A stretch of 64,000 nucleotides of DNA from Candidatus Latescibacterota bacterium (GCA_965205485.1 OZ242180.1:1536001-1600000); one strand, 5' to 3'; shown: positions 38,367 through 49,916, counted from the first letter of the stretch. The notes: generated by a model not told the origin, from the letters alone. Program-made: numbers and translations.

Positions 38367-39569
38367 ATGGCAAAGACTCCCAACAGGGGCTCCCGCCGAA
38401 TGAGGATGGCCCGCAGGCGGCGACGAACGTCATTGCGCCTCTGGACGCTTGCGTTTGTGCTGGCATTGGCGGTCGGCCTGGCCGGGTGGATGCGCTGGCG
38501 CGAGGACGAGGCCCCTGCTTACGTACAGGAAATCGCGTTGAATCAACAGGCGCAGTGGCGGACACTTCCGGCAGGCCCGCTGGCGTTTGCAGATTCCGTG
38601 GCATCACAGGCGCCCGCGGTTCTGAAAGATCTCGGAATTCCGGAAGGAGTCGCGTCCATCAGGAGGTCGCAAGCGCAGTCCGACAGCACCGCCCGATGGG
38701 TGATGACCGCCGACGTACCCGAAGGGCTGCCATTGGCCGTGTTCAATCTGCAACTGACCCGGCTTGCCCGGCGTCTGGGCGGCGACGTCGTTGAAGCCGT
38801 GGAGGACCGGAATGGCGCCAGACTGTCGATGTTTGTAGGCCTGGACGGTGTCCGAACGAATCAGTTCATACTGAGACGCAACGCCGCGCTCAATCGACTG
38901 CCCGGTCGAGTCGCCATAATCGTCGTCGATTTCGGATATCAGGACGAGGCGTTGATTCGTGGATTCTGCGCGCTGAAACAGACGATCACGTTTTCGGTCT
39001 TTCCACACCGGGAGAAAGCCGCATGGATCGCGGAGCAGGCAGCAGCGGCCGGGCATGGCGTCATGGTGTATCTGTCGATGGAACCCCTGGACTATCCTCG
39101 CCATGATCCGGGTCCGAACGCGGTGTTGATGGACCATCCGCCGGAAAAAATCCGGACGCTGATTCGGATGGCGCGAGCGAATCTGCCTCAGGCAAAGGGA
39201 GTTAACAACCATATGGGATCGCGTTTGACGGAGGACCCCACGGCAATCCGCAGAGTATTGACAGAAATTGACCGCCATGGTCTGTTCTTCGTAGACAGCT
39301 TCACCAGTCCGCGCTCGACGGCCTGGTCTGTCGCGGAGGAGATGGGGATGCCGGCCGGACGAAACGCGATGTTCCTGGATCGAAAAAAAACAAAGGAGTC
39401 GGTCGAACAATCCATCGAAGCCCTGGCGGAAATGGCCGGTAGAACCGGAACGGTAATCGGCCTTGGTGGCGCGACGCCTGCCACTCTGGCGGCGCTCAAA
39501 CGCGTGCTGCCGGAACTCGAACAACGGGGAATCGAATTCGTCAGCGCCGACGAAGCCGTCAGACACTGA
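38367..39569 (+). CDS. Divergent polysaccharide deacetylase family protein (YibQ-like)
   Basis: N-terminal TM; MEP, GVNNHMGS, FFVDS.T, FLD. Confidence 0.82.
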   Translation: MAKTPNRGSRRMRMARRRRRTSLRLWTLAFVLALAVGLAGWMRWREDEAPAYVQEIALNQQAQWRTLPAGPLAFADSVASQAPAVLKDLGIPEGVASIRRSQAQSDSTARWVMTADVPEGLPLAVFNLQLTRLARRLGGDVVEAVEDRNGARLSMFVGLDGVRTNQFILRRNAALNRLPGRVAIIVVDFGYQDEALIRGFCALKQTITFSVFPHREKAAWIAEQAAAAGHGVMVYLSMEPLDYPRHDPGPNAVLMDHPPEKIRTLIRMARANLPQAKGVNNHMGSRLTEDPTAIRRVLTEIDRHGLFFVDSFTSPRSTAWSVAEEMGMPAGRNAMFLDRKKTKESVEQSIEALAEMAGRTGTVIGLGGATPATLAALKRVLPELEQRGIEFVSADEAVRH

Positions 39570-39623
39570 AAGTCAGGTTCGGGGCCAGGCGAAATACCGA
39601 CCCTGTTCAGAATTCAATACCCG

Positions 39624-39652
39624 TTGACTTGCGCTGAAACGCTTGGTATATT
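39624..39652 (+). promoter_or_regulatory. Putative sigma70 promoter for tgt-yajC-fmt
   Basis: TTGACT-N17-TATATT with TG extended -10. Confidence 0.65.
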
Positions 39653-39706
39653 TGGGCAGCGCCAGGGCTGAGAACCGGGACATATCGCACTGCGGCAATC
39701 GCGTAG

Positions 39707-40912
<1,206 letters not shown>

Positions 40913-40937
40913 AGTAATTCTATCGTTCAGTTCATAA

Positions 40938-41147
40938 GAAGCTGTTTTAAAATTACCGGTGAGTTCCCGAGCGCGAGCGAAAAAGTGGCGGTTATGAGGC
41001 GCGAGGGGCGCGCAGCGCCGACGGGAAAACTCGCCTATGAGAGGCGAGCAAGCGCAGCCTCGATCTCGTAAGACGGGTGGGTTTGACCAACGCCGACCGG
41101 CGCTTTTGCAGCCGCGCGAAGACCGCTGGGAATTTTAAGACGGCTTC
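40938..41147. mobile_element. MITE family B, full copy (210 bp), TAA target duplication
   Basis: TAA|GAAGCTGTTTTAAAATT...AATTTTAAGACGGCTTC|TAA. Confidence 0.9.
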
Positions 41148-41177
41148 TAAAACTGATTCTTTCAAGGAGGGTTACCT

Positions 41178-41504
41178 TTGTTTGGCGTAAGCGAAGCATT
41201 CGCAATGGGCGGCCAGCCGACCGATGGGTCCGGCCCGGGATTCCTCGTGCAGATTTTCCCTTTGTTGTTAATGGTCATCGTCGTCTACCTGTTGATCTTT
41301 CGCCCCCAGATAAAAAAACAGAAGGCGCAGCAGGCGATGATCGACAGCCTGAAAAAGGGCGACAAAATCGTAACGTCAGGGGGGCTTCACGGAACGATCG
41401 TGGGTATCAAGGACGAGGAGGGTATCCTGGTCGTACAGGTCGCCAAGGAAGTCCGCCTTCAGGTTGCCAGGGGATCGGTCTCCCGGGTTGTGGATGAAGA
41501 GTGA
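41178..41504 (+). CDS. yajC: Preprotein translocase subunit YajC
   Basis: YLLIFRPQ.K, LKKGDKIVTSGGLHG; AAGGAGG RBS. Confidence 0.95.
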   Translation: MFGVSEAFAMGGQPTDGSGPGFLVQIFPLLLMVIVVYLLIFRPQIKKQKAQQAMIDSLKKGDKIVTSGGLHGTIVGIKDEEGILVVQVAKEVRLQVARGSVSRVVDEE

Positions 41505-41570
41505 TCGGGGACCTGACCGGGAATGGCACCGGGGATTCCGGCGGAATGGGGTCCCTGATTGGAGACGGAT

Positions 41571-42515
41571 GTGAAGCTGGTATTCATGGGGACGCCCGAC
41601 TTCGCCGTGCCGTCTCTGGACCTTCTGGCGGCTTGCGGCCACGAAATCGCCGCGGTCGTAACCCGGCCGGACCGTCCGCGGGGTCGAGGACGGAAACTGT
41701 CCCCGCCTCCCGTGAAGACGGCCGCCCGCCGGTTGGGAATTCCGGTTATGCAGCCGCACTCTCTGGATGCCACGGACTTTCTGGATCGGCTTAGGCGCTT
41801 CGACGCGGATCTTTTCGTCGTGGTCGCGTTTGTCATATTGCCGCGTGTTGTGCTGAAGATTCCAAGGTTCGGCTCGGTGAACCTGCATCCCTCCCTGTTG
41901 CCGAAGTATCGCGGTGCGGCCCCCATCAACTGGGCGATTATCCGGGGAGAAACCGAGACCGGCATCAGCGTATTCCGCCTGTCCAGTCGGGTTGACGCTG
42001 GGGAGCTCCTGTTTCAGCAGGTCGTGGGGATCGGTCCGGACGAAACGGCGGGAGAGCTCTCGGATCGGTTACGGGTGTTGGGGGCGAACGCACTTGGGAC
42101 GGTTGTCGAAGGGCTGGCAAGAGACGAATTGGCATCGAAGCCTCAACCCGCCACGGGGGTCACACGGGCGCCCCGGCTGGAGAAGGAGGACGGTCGGATT
42201 GACTGGACCCGCGGCGCGGCGTCGATCCGCAATCTGGTTCGCGGAACCAACCCTCATCCGGGAGCGTTTACGACCTGGAGAGGCGAGAATCTCAAGGTGC
42301 ATCGGGCGGCGGTCGCCAACGGAGGCGGGATGCCCGGCGAGGTGGTCGTTGCGGACGGGAGGAAGGGATGTGCGATAGCCGCCGGCGAAGGAACCCTCGC
42401 GATTGAAGAAGTGCAACCGGCGGGCAAGGGGCGGATGAGCGGCGCCGAACTGGTGCGCGGGTATCGGATCGAGCCCGGCGAGATCCTGGGTGACGCCGCC
42501 CGCAACCCCCAATAG
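41571..42515 (+). CDS. fmt: Methionyl-tRNA formyltransferase
   Basis: VFMGTPDFA, VVTRPDRPRGRG, NLHPSLLPKYRGAAPI. Confidence 0.95.
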   Translation: MKLVFMGTPDFAVPSLDLLAACGHEIAAVVTRPDRPRGRGRKLSPPPVKTAARRLGIPVMQPHSLDATDFLDRLRRFDADLFVVVAFVILPRVVLKIPRFGSVNLHPSLLPKYRGAAPINWAIIRGETETGISVFRLSSRVDAGELLFQQVVGIGPDETAGELSDRLRVLGANALGTVVEGLARDELASKPQPATGVTRAPRLEKEDGRIDWTRGAASIRNLVRGTNPHPGAFTTWRGENLKVHRAAVANGGGMPGEVVVADGRKGCAIAAGEGTLAIEEVQPAGKGRMSGAELVRGYRIEPGEILGDAARNPQ

Positions 42516-42571
42516 ACAACGTCGCAACAGATGAAAGAGCAGTTAATTCTCTCGAAGGAGGTGTTGCGTTT

Positions 42572-43267
42572 ATGTTTCCTCTCTTCTGGGACCCGACACT
42601 GATTCTTGTGATTCCGGGGTTCATCCTGGCGCTGTGGGCGCAGTTCAAGGTCAAGCGGACATTCGCCAGATTTGATGAATTCGGTTCCCGAAGCGGTTGG
42701 ACCGCGGACCAGGTCGCCCGTGATATTCTGCGGAGGGGCCGCGTTTCAGTGAAAGTGGAGAACGTGGGCGGCAAGCTGACCGATCACTACGATCCGCGGG
42801 ACCATACGCTGCGTCTGTCGGACAGCACATACGGTTCGCGTTCGCTCGCGGCCATCGGCGTGGCGGCGCATGAAGCCGGCCACGCGTTTCAGCATGCGCA
42901 CGGGTACTTTCCCCTGAGCCTGCGGACGAATATCGTCCCGGTGGCCAATTTCGGCTCCTGGGTGGGTATGCCCCTGTTCTTTATCGGTTTTTTGTTTCAA
43001 TCCGGCTTTATGCTTCAACTTGGCATCGTATTCTTTTCCTTCGCCGTCCTGTTCGGGCTCGTCACGCTGCCGGTGGAGTTCAATGCCAGCAGCAGGGCCA
43101 TTGCCATTCTCCAGGACGGCGGATACCTGACCCGGGAAGAAATCCCCGCGGCCCGTAAGGTATTGAATGCGGCGGCCTGGACCTACGTTGCGTCGGCGTT
43201 GGTGGCGGTGCTTTCCCTGTTCCGGATGTTGATCCTTTCCGGCCTCCTGGGCGGAAGCGACGAATAA
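42572..43267 (+). CDS. Zinc metallopeptidase (YugP-like)
   Basis: LTDHYDP, VAAHEAGHA, TLPVEFNASSRA, AAAWTYVA. Confidence 0.93.
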   Translation: MFPLFWDPTLILVIPGFILALWAQFKVKRTFARFDEFGSRSGWTADQVARDILRRGRVSVKVENVGGKLTDHYDPRDHTLRLSDSTYGSRSLAAIGVAAHEAGHAFQHAHGYFPLSLRTNIVPVANFGSWVGMPLFFIGFLFQSGFMLQLGIVFFSFAVLFGLVTLPVEFNASSRAIAILQDGGYLTREEIPAARKVLNAAAWTYVASALVAVLSLFRMLILSGLLGGSDE

Positions 43268-43328
43268 AGCCCGGACTTTTAAACCAGGCGATAGCCTCAA
43301 CGCCCGGGCTTATGCGAGGAGGGGAGTG

Positions 43329-44372
43329 ATGTATGACGTCGTAACCTTCGGGGAGGCGATGATTCGATTGTCGTCGCCGGAATACCGCCGGCTGGAGAAT
43401 TCCACCAGTCTGGATGTCGAGATAGGCGGAGGCGAGTACAACGTGGCGGTTGCCTGCGCGCATCTGGGGCTGAATACGGCGTGGGTATCCCGGCTGGTGG
43501 ACAACTGGACAGGGTGGATCATTCGGAACAAGGGCCGGGAACACGGCGTGGACATGTCCAATATAGACTGGGTGGAATTTGACGGGGTGGGTTTCGAACG
43601 GAACGGGTTTTACCACGTCGAACTGGGCGTCGGGCCGCGTGCCAGCGCGGTGACGTACGACCGTGCGAATTCCGCGATTTCGAATATCGAGCCCGGCATG
43701 GTGGACTGGAAATCCATTTTCGAGGGCGCGAAATGGTTCCACGTGAGCGGCATCACGCCTGCGCTTTCCGACAGTGCAGCGAATACGACGCTTGAAGCCC
43801 TGGAGGCGGCCAGCGACGCCGGGGTGACGACGAGTTACGATTTGAACTTCCGGTCGAAGCTTTGGAGTTCGGAGCGAGCCCAGGAGACCAGCAGCAGGAT
43901 TGTCCCGCTGGTCAAGGTACTGATTGGCAACGAAGAGGACTTTGAAAAGGTCCTGGGGTTGAAGGCGGAGGGCTCGAAAGATGACTACAGTCAACTGGAC
44001 CCCGAGAGTTACAAGGACGTGGCGCGGCGGGCGGTCGAACTTTATCCCAATGTGGATTACGTGGGCACGACGCTGCGGGTCGCAAAGACGGGACTGCTGA
44101 ACGACTGGCGTACGCTCCTGTTCGACGGCGACGCGTTCTACCTGTCTCGAATCTTCGAGGATCTGGAAATGGTCGACCGCGTCGGAGGCGGGGACAGTTT
44201 CTCGGCGGGGTTGATATCCAGTCTGATCGAGGGGGTGAATCCCCAGTCGGCGGTCGATTTCGCGGGCGCGTATTCAGCCCTTGCACATACCTTCCTGGGA
44301 GACGTAAACTGGGCGACGCGGGCGGAGGCGGAATCCGCCATGAAGGGCGCCGCGGCCAGAATCCGGCGGTAA
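43329..44372 (+). CDS. kdgK: 2-keto-3-deoxygluconate kinase (PfkB family)
   Basis: VVTFGEAMIRL, GGGEYNVA, HVSGITPA, DLNFRSKLW, DRVGGGDSF; adjacent to eda. Confidence 0.88.
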   Translation: MYDVVTFGEAMIRLSSPEYRRLENSTSLDVEIGGGEYNVAVACAHLGLNTAWVSRLVDNWTGWIIRNKGREHGVDMSNIDWVEFDGVGFERNGFYHVELGVGPRASAVTYDRANSAISNIEPGMVDWKSIFEGAKWFHVSGITPALSDSAANTTLEALEAASDAGVTTSYDLNFRSKLWSSERAQETSSRIVPLVKVLIGNEEDFEKVLGLKAEGSKDDYSQLDPESYKDVARRAVELYPNVDYVGTTLRVAKTGLLNDWRTLLFDGDAFYLSRIFEDLEMVDRVGGGDSFSAGLISSLIEGVNPQSAVDFAGAYSALAHTFLGDVNWATRAEAESAMKGAAARIRR

Positions 44373-44417
44373 CTTCCAAGATCGCCGGGAGAGCCGCTCG
44401 CGATCGCACGGACATAG

Positions 44418-44516
44418 CAGCCCGTTGAAAAAGGCCATCCGGGCTACGACCGGACCTTGCGGTCGAAATACGGCGTTGCTCGGCCTCGCCTGCAGAGCGA
44501 CTTTATCAACGGACTG
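44418..44516. mobile_element. MITE family A, internally deleted copy (99 bp)
   Basis: CAGCCCGTTGAAAAAG...CTTTATCAACGGACTG between kdgK and eda. Confidence 0.85.
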
Positions 44517-44532
44517 CAGAGGAGAATACCGT

Positions 44533-45174
44533 ATGGCCGGCGTGCTGGATCGAATTATCGACTGCGGTGTGGTAGCGGTTCTGAGGGCGGACTCGCCCAC
44601 GGAACTGATGGATGTATCCCGGGCGCTTCGGGAAGGCGGCGTGGTTGCCATTGAGGTGACAATGACCGTGCCGGGGGCGCTCAGGGTCATTGAGGAGGCG
44701 TCCGCGAAAATGGAGGACACGATCGTTGGCGTCGGGTCCGTCCTGGATCCCGAGACGGCGCGCGCGGCCATTCTGGCAGGTGCGGAGTACGTCGTGGGAC
44801 CCACGCTGAATCCGGAAGTAATCACGATGGCAAAGCGCTACGGCAAAGTGGTGATGCCCGCCGGGTTCACGCCTACGGAGATTCTTGCCGCATGGCAGGC
44901 GGGGGCGGATGTTGTCAAGGTTTTCCCTGCCGGTGTCGGCGGCCCTTCCTATTTCAAGGATGTAAAAGGGCCGCTGCCCCAGGTGCGCCTGATGCCAACG
45001 GGCGGGGTGGACTCCAGGACGACGCCGGAGTTCATCAAGGCGGGCGCCTGCGCGGTGGGCGCCGGGAGCGCGATGGTGGATAAACGGGCGGTGGCGGAGA
45101 AGGACTGGGCCGCGTTGACGGCGACCGCCCGGGCCTTTGTGGATGCCGTGAAGCAGGCGCGGGCCGAGATGTGA
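44533..45174 (+). CDS. eda: KDPG/KHG aldolase
   Basis: VVAVLR, IEVTMT, GVGSVL, TPTEI, VKVFP, LMPTGGV; start after GAGGAG. Confidence 0.93.
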   Translation: MAGVLDRIIDCGVVAVLRADSPTELMDVSRALREGGVVAIEVTMTVPGALRVIEEASAKMEDTIVGVGSVLDPETARAAILAGAEYVVGPTLNPEVITMAKRYGKVVMPAGFTPTEILAAWQAGADVVKVFPAGVGGPSYFKDVKGPLPQVRLMPTGGVDSRTTPEFIKAGACAVGAGSAMVDKRAVAEKDWAALTATARAFVDAVKQARAEM

Positions 45175-46109
45175 GCGCACTGGCGGTTGGCGTCGACCTG
45201 GGCGGAACCAATACCCGCGCGGGCCTGGTGACGGACGCGGGAAAGATCGTGTCCCGGTTCCGATGTCCCACACGGCCCGACCTGGGCAGCGATCAAGTGA
45301 TTTCCGGAATCGCGAAGTGCGTCAGGCAGGTGCTTCGGAGTGCGGGCGGAACGGAAGTGCGCGGCGTGGGCGTCGGTGCGCCGGGTCCGCTTGACCCCTT
45401 CAACGGCGTCATTATTTCTCCCGAAAATATGCCGTGCATGCACGGCGTACGGCTGAAAGACCGGCTTGAGGCAGCACTCGAAACGCCGGTGGTCGTGGAC
45501 AACGATGCGAATCTCGCGGCATTTGGCGAACAATGGCAGGGCGCCGGCAGGAAGGCGCCTCATTTTTTGTGTGTGACGCTGGGCACGGGCGTGGGCGGCG
45601 GCTGGGTGTGCAACGGCGAATTGATGCATGGGTTCAACGGCAATGCGGCGGAGGTGGGTCACATCACCATCGACTGGAACGGACCCCGGTGCCCCTGCGG
45701 GAATTATGGATGTCTGGAGCTCTACGTCTCCGCGACCGCGATGGTAAGGCGGACCCGTGAGCGGCTGGAAACGGAAGCACCGGAAACCGCGCTGAACGCG
45801 AGGGGTTTGACGACGCAGGCCATTTTCGAAGCGGCCGAGGCGGGAGACGCGTTTGCCCGCGCCATGTTCGAAGAGACCGGGACGCTGCTGGGAATCGGGC
45901 TTGTGAGTCTGGTGAGCGTAACGAACGTGGAGGTAGTGGCGCTGTGCGGGGGGCTCGCGCGTGCAGGGGAACGGCTGTTTGCGCCTGCCAGAAGGACCTT
46001 TCAGGAACGTGGTACGGTCGGGGTCAAGGAAAGGGTGCGGATTGTGGCGGGCATGCTGGGGGACGACGCGGGGATTCTTGGCGCGGCAAGACTGGCGATC
46101 GGGGCATGA
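45171..46109 (+). CDS. ROK-family sugar kinase
   Basis: GVDLGGT, NDANLAA.GE, TLGTGVGGG, EVGH, CPCGNYGCLE. Confidence 0.92.
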   Translation: MSALAVGVDLGGTNTRAGLVTDAGKIVSRFRCPTRPDLGSDQVISGIAKCVRQVLRSAGGTEVRGVGVGAPGPLDPFNGVIISPENMPCMHGVRLKDRLEAALETPVVVDNDANLAAFGEQWQGAGRKAPHFLCVTLGTGVGGGWVCNGELMHGFNGNAAEVGHITIDWNGPRCPCGNYGCLELYVSATAMVRRTRERLETEAPETALNARGLTTQAIFEAAEAGDAFARAMFEETGTLLGIGLVSLVSVTNVEVVALCGGLARAGERLFAPARRTFQERGTVGVKERVRIVAGMLGDDAGILGAARLAIGA

Positions 46110-46112
46110 ATC

Positions 46113-46607
46113 GTGAAGCGCAATGCCTGGAACAGAAAAATCGGCAATTCCGGCGGTGTGATTTCTGCCGCATTGACGCTCGCGTTCGCGGCCGGAATGG
46201 CTATTCTTACAGGGGTCGTTCCGGCGGCGGCGGAAAGTCCGGATTCGACGGCCGTGGACAGTGTCAGGGAGGCCCAGACCCCGCGGGGGGCGATGTTACG
46301 GTCGCTGGCGCTGCCGGGATGGGGACAGTTTTATAACCGCCGGCCCATAAAGGGAAGCCTGATCGCCGCCGCGCAGGTGGGTTCGACGGTGGCGTTCTTC
46401 GTCCGCCGGAACCAGCTGAATAACCGCCCGTCGGTCGACGCATTTCCGGAACGGAATCTCTTTCTGTATACGACGATCGGCCTTATCCTGTTCAGTATGG
46501 GCGATGCGTACGTGGACGCGCATCTGGACCAGGTCGACTGGGAGGCGCCGCACGGGTCCGGTGAAGAAGGACTTGAATTCCGAATGCGGTTCCAAATCCG
46601 CTTTTAA
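46113..46607 (+). CDS. DUF5683-like secreted/membrane protein
   Basis: AMLRSLALPGWGQFYN...KG, DAYVDAHL. Confidence 0.75.
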   Translation: MKRNAWNRKIGNSGGVISAALTLAFAAGMAILTGVVPAAAESPDSTAVDSVREAQTPRGAMLRSLALPGWGQFYNRRPIKGSLIAAAQVGSTVAFFVRRNQLNNRPSVDAFPERNLFLYTTIGLILFSMGDAYVDAHLDQVDWEAPHGSGEEGLEFRMRFQIRF

Positions 46608-46646
46608 CGTTCGCCGCGATATCTCTGCGTCCACGGAGTCCGGACG

Positions 46647-47747
46647 ATGGATAACCGGTTTCCATTTACCCGAATTGTTCGCGGCCTGCCGGCATCGGTG
46701 CCGTTCGTGGGGCCCGAAGCGCTGGAGCGCAGGCGCGGAGAACCCTTCAGGGTGAGGGTAGGGGCCAACGAAAGCGCTTTTGGAATTTCGCCGCTGGCGC
46801 GCGAGGCCATGTTCCGTGCGGTCGAGCGGCTGAGCTGGTACAACGATCCTGAAAACCACGAGATCCGCAGCGCAATTGCCGGATTCAACGGCGTCCCGTT
46901 CGAGAACGTCAGCGTAGGAAGCGGAATCGACGACCTGCTGGGTCTTGTCGTGCGGGTTTTCGTCGAGCCCGGCGAGAAGGTCGTTACATCCCTGGGCGCA
47001 TACCCGACGTTCAGCTACCATGTAAACGGGTTTGGCGGCCTCCTGCACTTCGTGCCTTACAGGGATGACAGAAACGATCTGGAGGGACTGGCCGATGCCG
47101 CCGCGGAAACCGATGCCCGGCTGGTGTACCTGTCCAATCCGGACAACCCCACGGGCACCTGGCACCCGGCGGCGAATATCCTGGCATTTGAGAGAACGCT
47201 TCCGGATCGGTGCCTGCTGATTCTGGATGAAGCATATTCAGAGTTCGCAACACAGGATGCGCCGCCGCCTATGGCGCCGATCAGGCCGCGCGTCATTCGT
47301 ATGCGCACGTTTTCCAAGGCGCACGGGATGGCCGGCGCCCGGATTGGATATGCGGTTGCGGACGCGGTCGTTGTGGAGGCCCTTGAGAAGGTGCGTCACC
47401 ACTATGGAGTGAATCGAGTGGCACAGGCCGGAGCGCTCGCATCGCTTGAGGATACGGAATTCGTGGCGAACGTGGTCAGGTCGGTTGCGGAAGGACGGAC
47501 GGATTATGCGCTTCTGGGAGAAGGGCTTGGTTTGCCCACGCTGCCTTCGGCCACGAACTTCGTTGCCTTCGATGCCGGAACTGTGGATCGCGCGAATACG
47601 ATTCTGGAGACCCTTCAGAGACACGGCGCGTTCGTGCGCAAACCTGCGGCGGCGCCTCTGGACAGGTTTTTCAGGGTGACCGTGGGGACGCCGGATGAGC
47701 GGCTGTTGTTCGCCCGGATATTGAGCACGGTCCTGGCAGCCCTTTGA
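46647..47747 (+). CDS. Histidinol-phosphate aminotransferase-like PLP enzyme
   Basis: GANES, NPDNPTG, DEAYSEF, RTFSKAHGMAGARIG. Confidence 0.88.
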   Translation: MDNRFPFTRIVRGLPASVPFVGPEALERRRGEPFRVRVGANESAFGISPLAREAMFRAVERLSWYNDPENHEIRSAIAGFNGVPFENVSVGSGIDDLLGLVVRVFVEPGEKVVTSLGAYPTFSYHVNGFGGLLHFVPYRDDRNDLEGLADAAAETDARLVYLSNPDNPTGTWHPAANILAFERTLPDRCLLILDEAYSEFATQDAPPPMAPIRPRVIRMRTFSKAHGMAGARIGYAVADAVVVEALEKVRHHYGVNRVAQAGALASLEDTEFVANVVRSVAEGRTDYALLGEGLGLPTLPSATNFVAFDAGTVDRANTILETLQRHGAFVRKPAAAPLDRFFRVTVGTPDERLLFARILSTVLAAL

Positions 47748-47896
47748 TAAAGCCCATCGGGGCTGCGGCCGGCTCTCGTGGCCGAATAACTGCGTTGCGC
47801 TCCCTCGCCGAATCGCTGGATGGGACTCGGTCGCGCGCCTTGTCTTCGGCCGCGATACCTCGGCCTCGCCTGCAGAGCGACTTTATCAACGGACTG
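47737..47896. mobile_element. MITE family A, copy 3 (160 bp)
   Basis: CAGCCCTTTGATAAAG...CTTTATCAACGGACTG; overlaps the aminotransferase stop codon. Confidence 0.85.
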
Positions 47897-48016
47897 TTAG
47901 CCGAACTGTCGGAGGATGGGTCCCGCTGATCACCCTATAGCTCTGTGCTATGAGAGTACTTGCTACTGTAACGCGAACTGCCAGTTCGCGGCACCAGGTA
48001 AACTGCGGAGGCGGAT

Positions 48017-48796
48017 ATGGACGAGCCAACAACGCTGGATCTGTTTCGACTGGACGGGCGTGTTGCCCTGATTACCGGAGGATCGAAGGGACTGGGAAAA
48101 GAAATGGCGCTGGCGCTGGCCGAGGCGGGCGCCGCTACCGTGGTCTGTTCGAGAAGCGGGTCGGACTGCGAAGCGGTTGCGGAAGAAATCGCGGCGAAGG
48201 CGCGACGGGAGAGCCTGGGAATGGCCGCCGACGTCACGGCGGATGCGGAGGTTGCCCGGCTGATGCAGGCGGTCACGGACCGGTTCGGGCGACTGGATGT
48301 TCTGGTCAACTGTGCGGGGATCAACATCCGGCATCCGCTGGATCGTTTTCCGGTCGATGAATTCCGGCAGGTCATAGAGACCAACCTGACCGGTTCCTGG
48401 CTCTGCTGCAGGGCCGCGGGGCCGATCATGACGTCCCGGAAGAGTGGATCGGTGATCAACGTGGGGTCGACGCTGAGCGCCGTGGGTCTGGCGGAACGCT
48501 CGGCATATTGTTCCTCCAAAGCCGGGGTCGCCGGCATGACCCGGGCGCTCGCGCTGGAGTGGGCGCCGTTCGGAGTCCGGTGCAACGCGCTTTGCCCCGG
48601 ACCCTTTCTGACGGAGATCAACAGGCCGCTTCTGAAGACACCCGACAAGGTGAAGAGTCTGCTCAGCCAGACGGCGTTCAATCGCTGGGGCGAGATGCGC
48701 GAGATCCGTGGCGCCGCGCTGTTTCTGGCCAGCGACGCGTCGACCTACGTCACGGGGACGTCGTTGTTCGTGGACGGAGGATGGACGGCTCATTGA
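48017..48796 (+). CDS. Short-chain dehydrogenase/reductase
   Basis: TGGSKGLG, LVNCAG, YCSSK, PGPFLT, VDGG. Confidence 0.92.
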   Translation: MDEPTTLDLFRLDGRVALITGGSKGLGKEMALALAEAGAATVVCSRSGSDCEAVAEEIAAKARRESLGMAADVTADAEVARLMQAVTDRFGRLDVLVNCAGINIRHPLDRFPVDEFRQVIETNLTGSWLCCRAAGPIMTSRKSGSVINVGSTLSAVGLAERSAYCSSKAGVAGMTRALALEWAPFGVRCNALCPGPFLTEINRPLLKTPDKVKSLLSQTAFNRWGEMREIRGAALFLASDASTYVTGTSLFVDGGWTAH

Positions 48797-48809
48797 GACG
48801 GAATGGTCG

Positions 48810-49916
48810 ATGGCATATTCTACCACGAAGTTTACACGATGGACGGTCAGCCTGGGTCTGGGGATCACGATGTTGATCGGGGTCCCCATTGCCGGGCAGG
48901 GGCCGCCGTTCTACGAGGATAAGATGGCGATGCTGGTCTACGTGGACGCAGGGGGCAGGGAACGGGCGATATCGAGTTCGAAGGACTGGGAAAAGCGGCG
49001 GGCCCACATTCTGGCGAATATGGAGAAAGTGATGGGACCGCTTCCCGACCGTTCCAGCCTGCCCGCGCTGGATATGGAGGTTGTGGCGACCGAGGACCTG
49101 GGCGACGCGATCAGGAAGAAGGTCACTTTCGTGTCGGAACCGGACGACCGCGTGCCCGCGTACCTGCTTGTTCCGAAGGGCTTGAACGACAAGGCGCCGG
49201 CGATGCTGTGCCTGCATCAGACAACGAAAATCGGGAAAGGCGAACCCGCGGGCGTGGGCGGCATCCCGGATCTTCACTATGCGCTGGAACTTGCGCGGAG
49301 GGGTTATGTGACCCTGGCGCCGGACTACGTGAATTTCGGAGACTACGAAATCGATCCATATCAAAATGGTTATGCCAGCGCCACGATGAAGGGGATCTGG
49401 AACCATATGCGGGCCGTGGACCTGTTACAGTCGCTGCCGGAGGTGGATGCCGGGCGGATCGGATGTATCGGCCATTCCCTGGGCGGACACAATTCCATGT
49501 ATCTGTCCGCGTTCGATCGGCGGCTGAAGGTCGTGGTGTCCAGTTGCGGGTTCAATTCGTTCTTCAAATATTATGGCGGCGATCTCACCGGCTGGAGCCA
49601 TCGGGGGTATATGCCCCGCATCTCCGAGCGTTACGGCAAAGACCCGAATCGGATGCCGTTTGATTTCACGGAGGTGGTTGCCGCCATCGCGCCCCGGGGA
49701 TTCTTCATCAACGCGCCGTTGCGTGATGCCAATTTCGAAGTGTCCGGCGTGAAGGACTGCGTCCGGGCGGCAGCGCCGGTTTACGCGTTACTTGGCGCCT
49801 CCGACCGCCTGATGGCGGTACATCCCGATGCTGAACACGCGTTTCCGCCGGAAATTCGCGAGCAGGCTTATGCGTTTGTCGACGGCGCACTGAGGGCCGG
49901 CGACCGGAAGGAGTGA
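48810..49916 (+). CDS. Secreted alpha/beta hydrolase (dienelactone hydrolase/esterase-like)
   Basis: Signal-like N-terminus, VPAYLLVP, LCLHQT, GHSLGG, IAPR, H-A-F-P. Confidence 0.85.
   Translation: MAYSTTKFTRWTVSLGLGITMLIGVPIAGQGPPFYEDKMAMLVYVDAGGRERAISSSKDWEKRRAHILANMEKVMGPLPDRSSLPALDMEVVATEDLGDAIRKKVTFVSEPDDRVPAYLLVPKGLNDKAPAMLCLHQTTKIGKGEPAGVGGIPDLHYALELARRGYVTLAPDYVNFGDYEIDPYQNGYASATMKGIWNHMRAVDLLQSLPEVDAGRIGCIGHSLGGHNSMYLSAFDRRLKVVVSSCGFNSFFKYYGGDLTGWSHRGYMPRISERYGKDPNRMPFDFTEVVAAIAPRGFFINAPLRDANFEVSGVKDCVRAAAPVYALLGASDRLMAVHPDAEHAFPPEIREQAYAFVDGALRAGDRKE

Noticed and set aside
41505..41570. Possible def remnant between yajC and fmt
   Set aside because: No deformylase motifs (GxGxAAxQ, EGCLS, HExxH) are visible.
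43265..43312. AAGCCCGG...CCGGGCTT short inverted repeat as another REP family
   Set aside because: Short, single and weakly paired internally.
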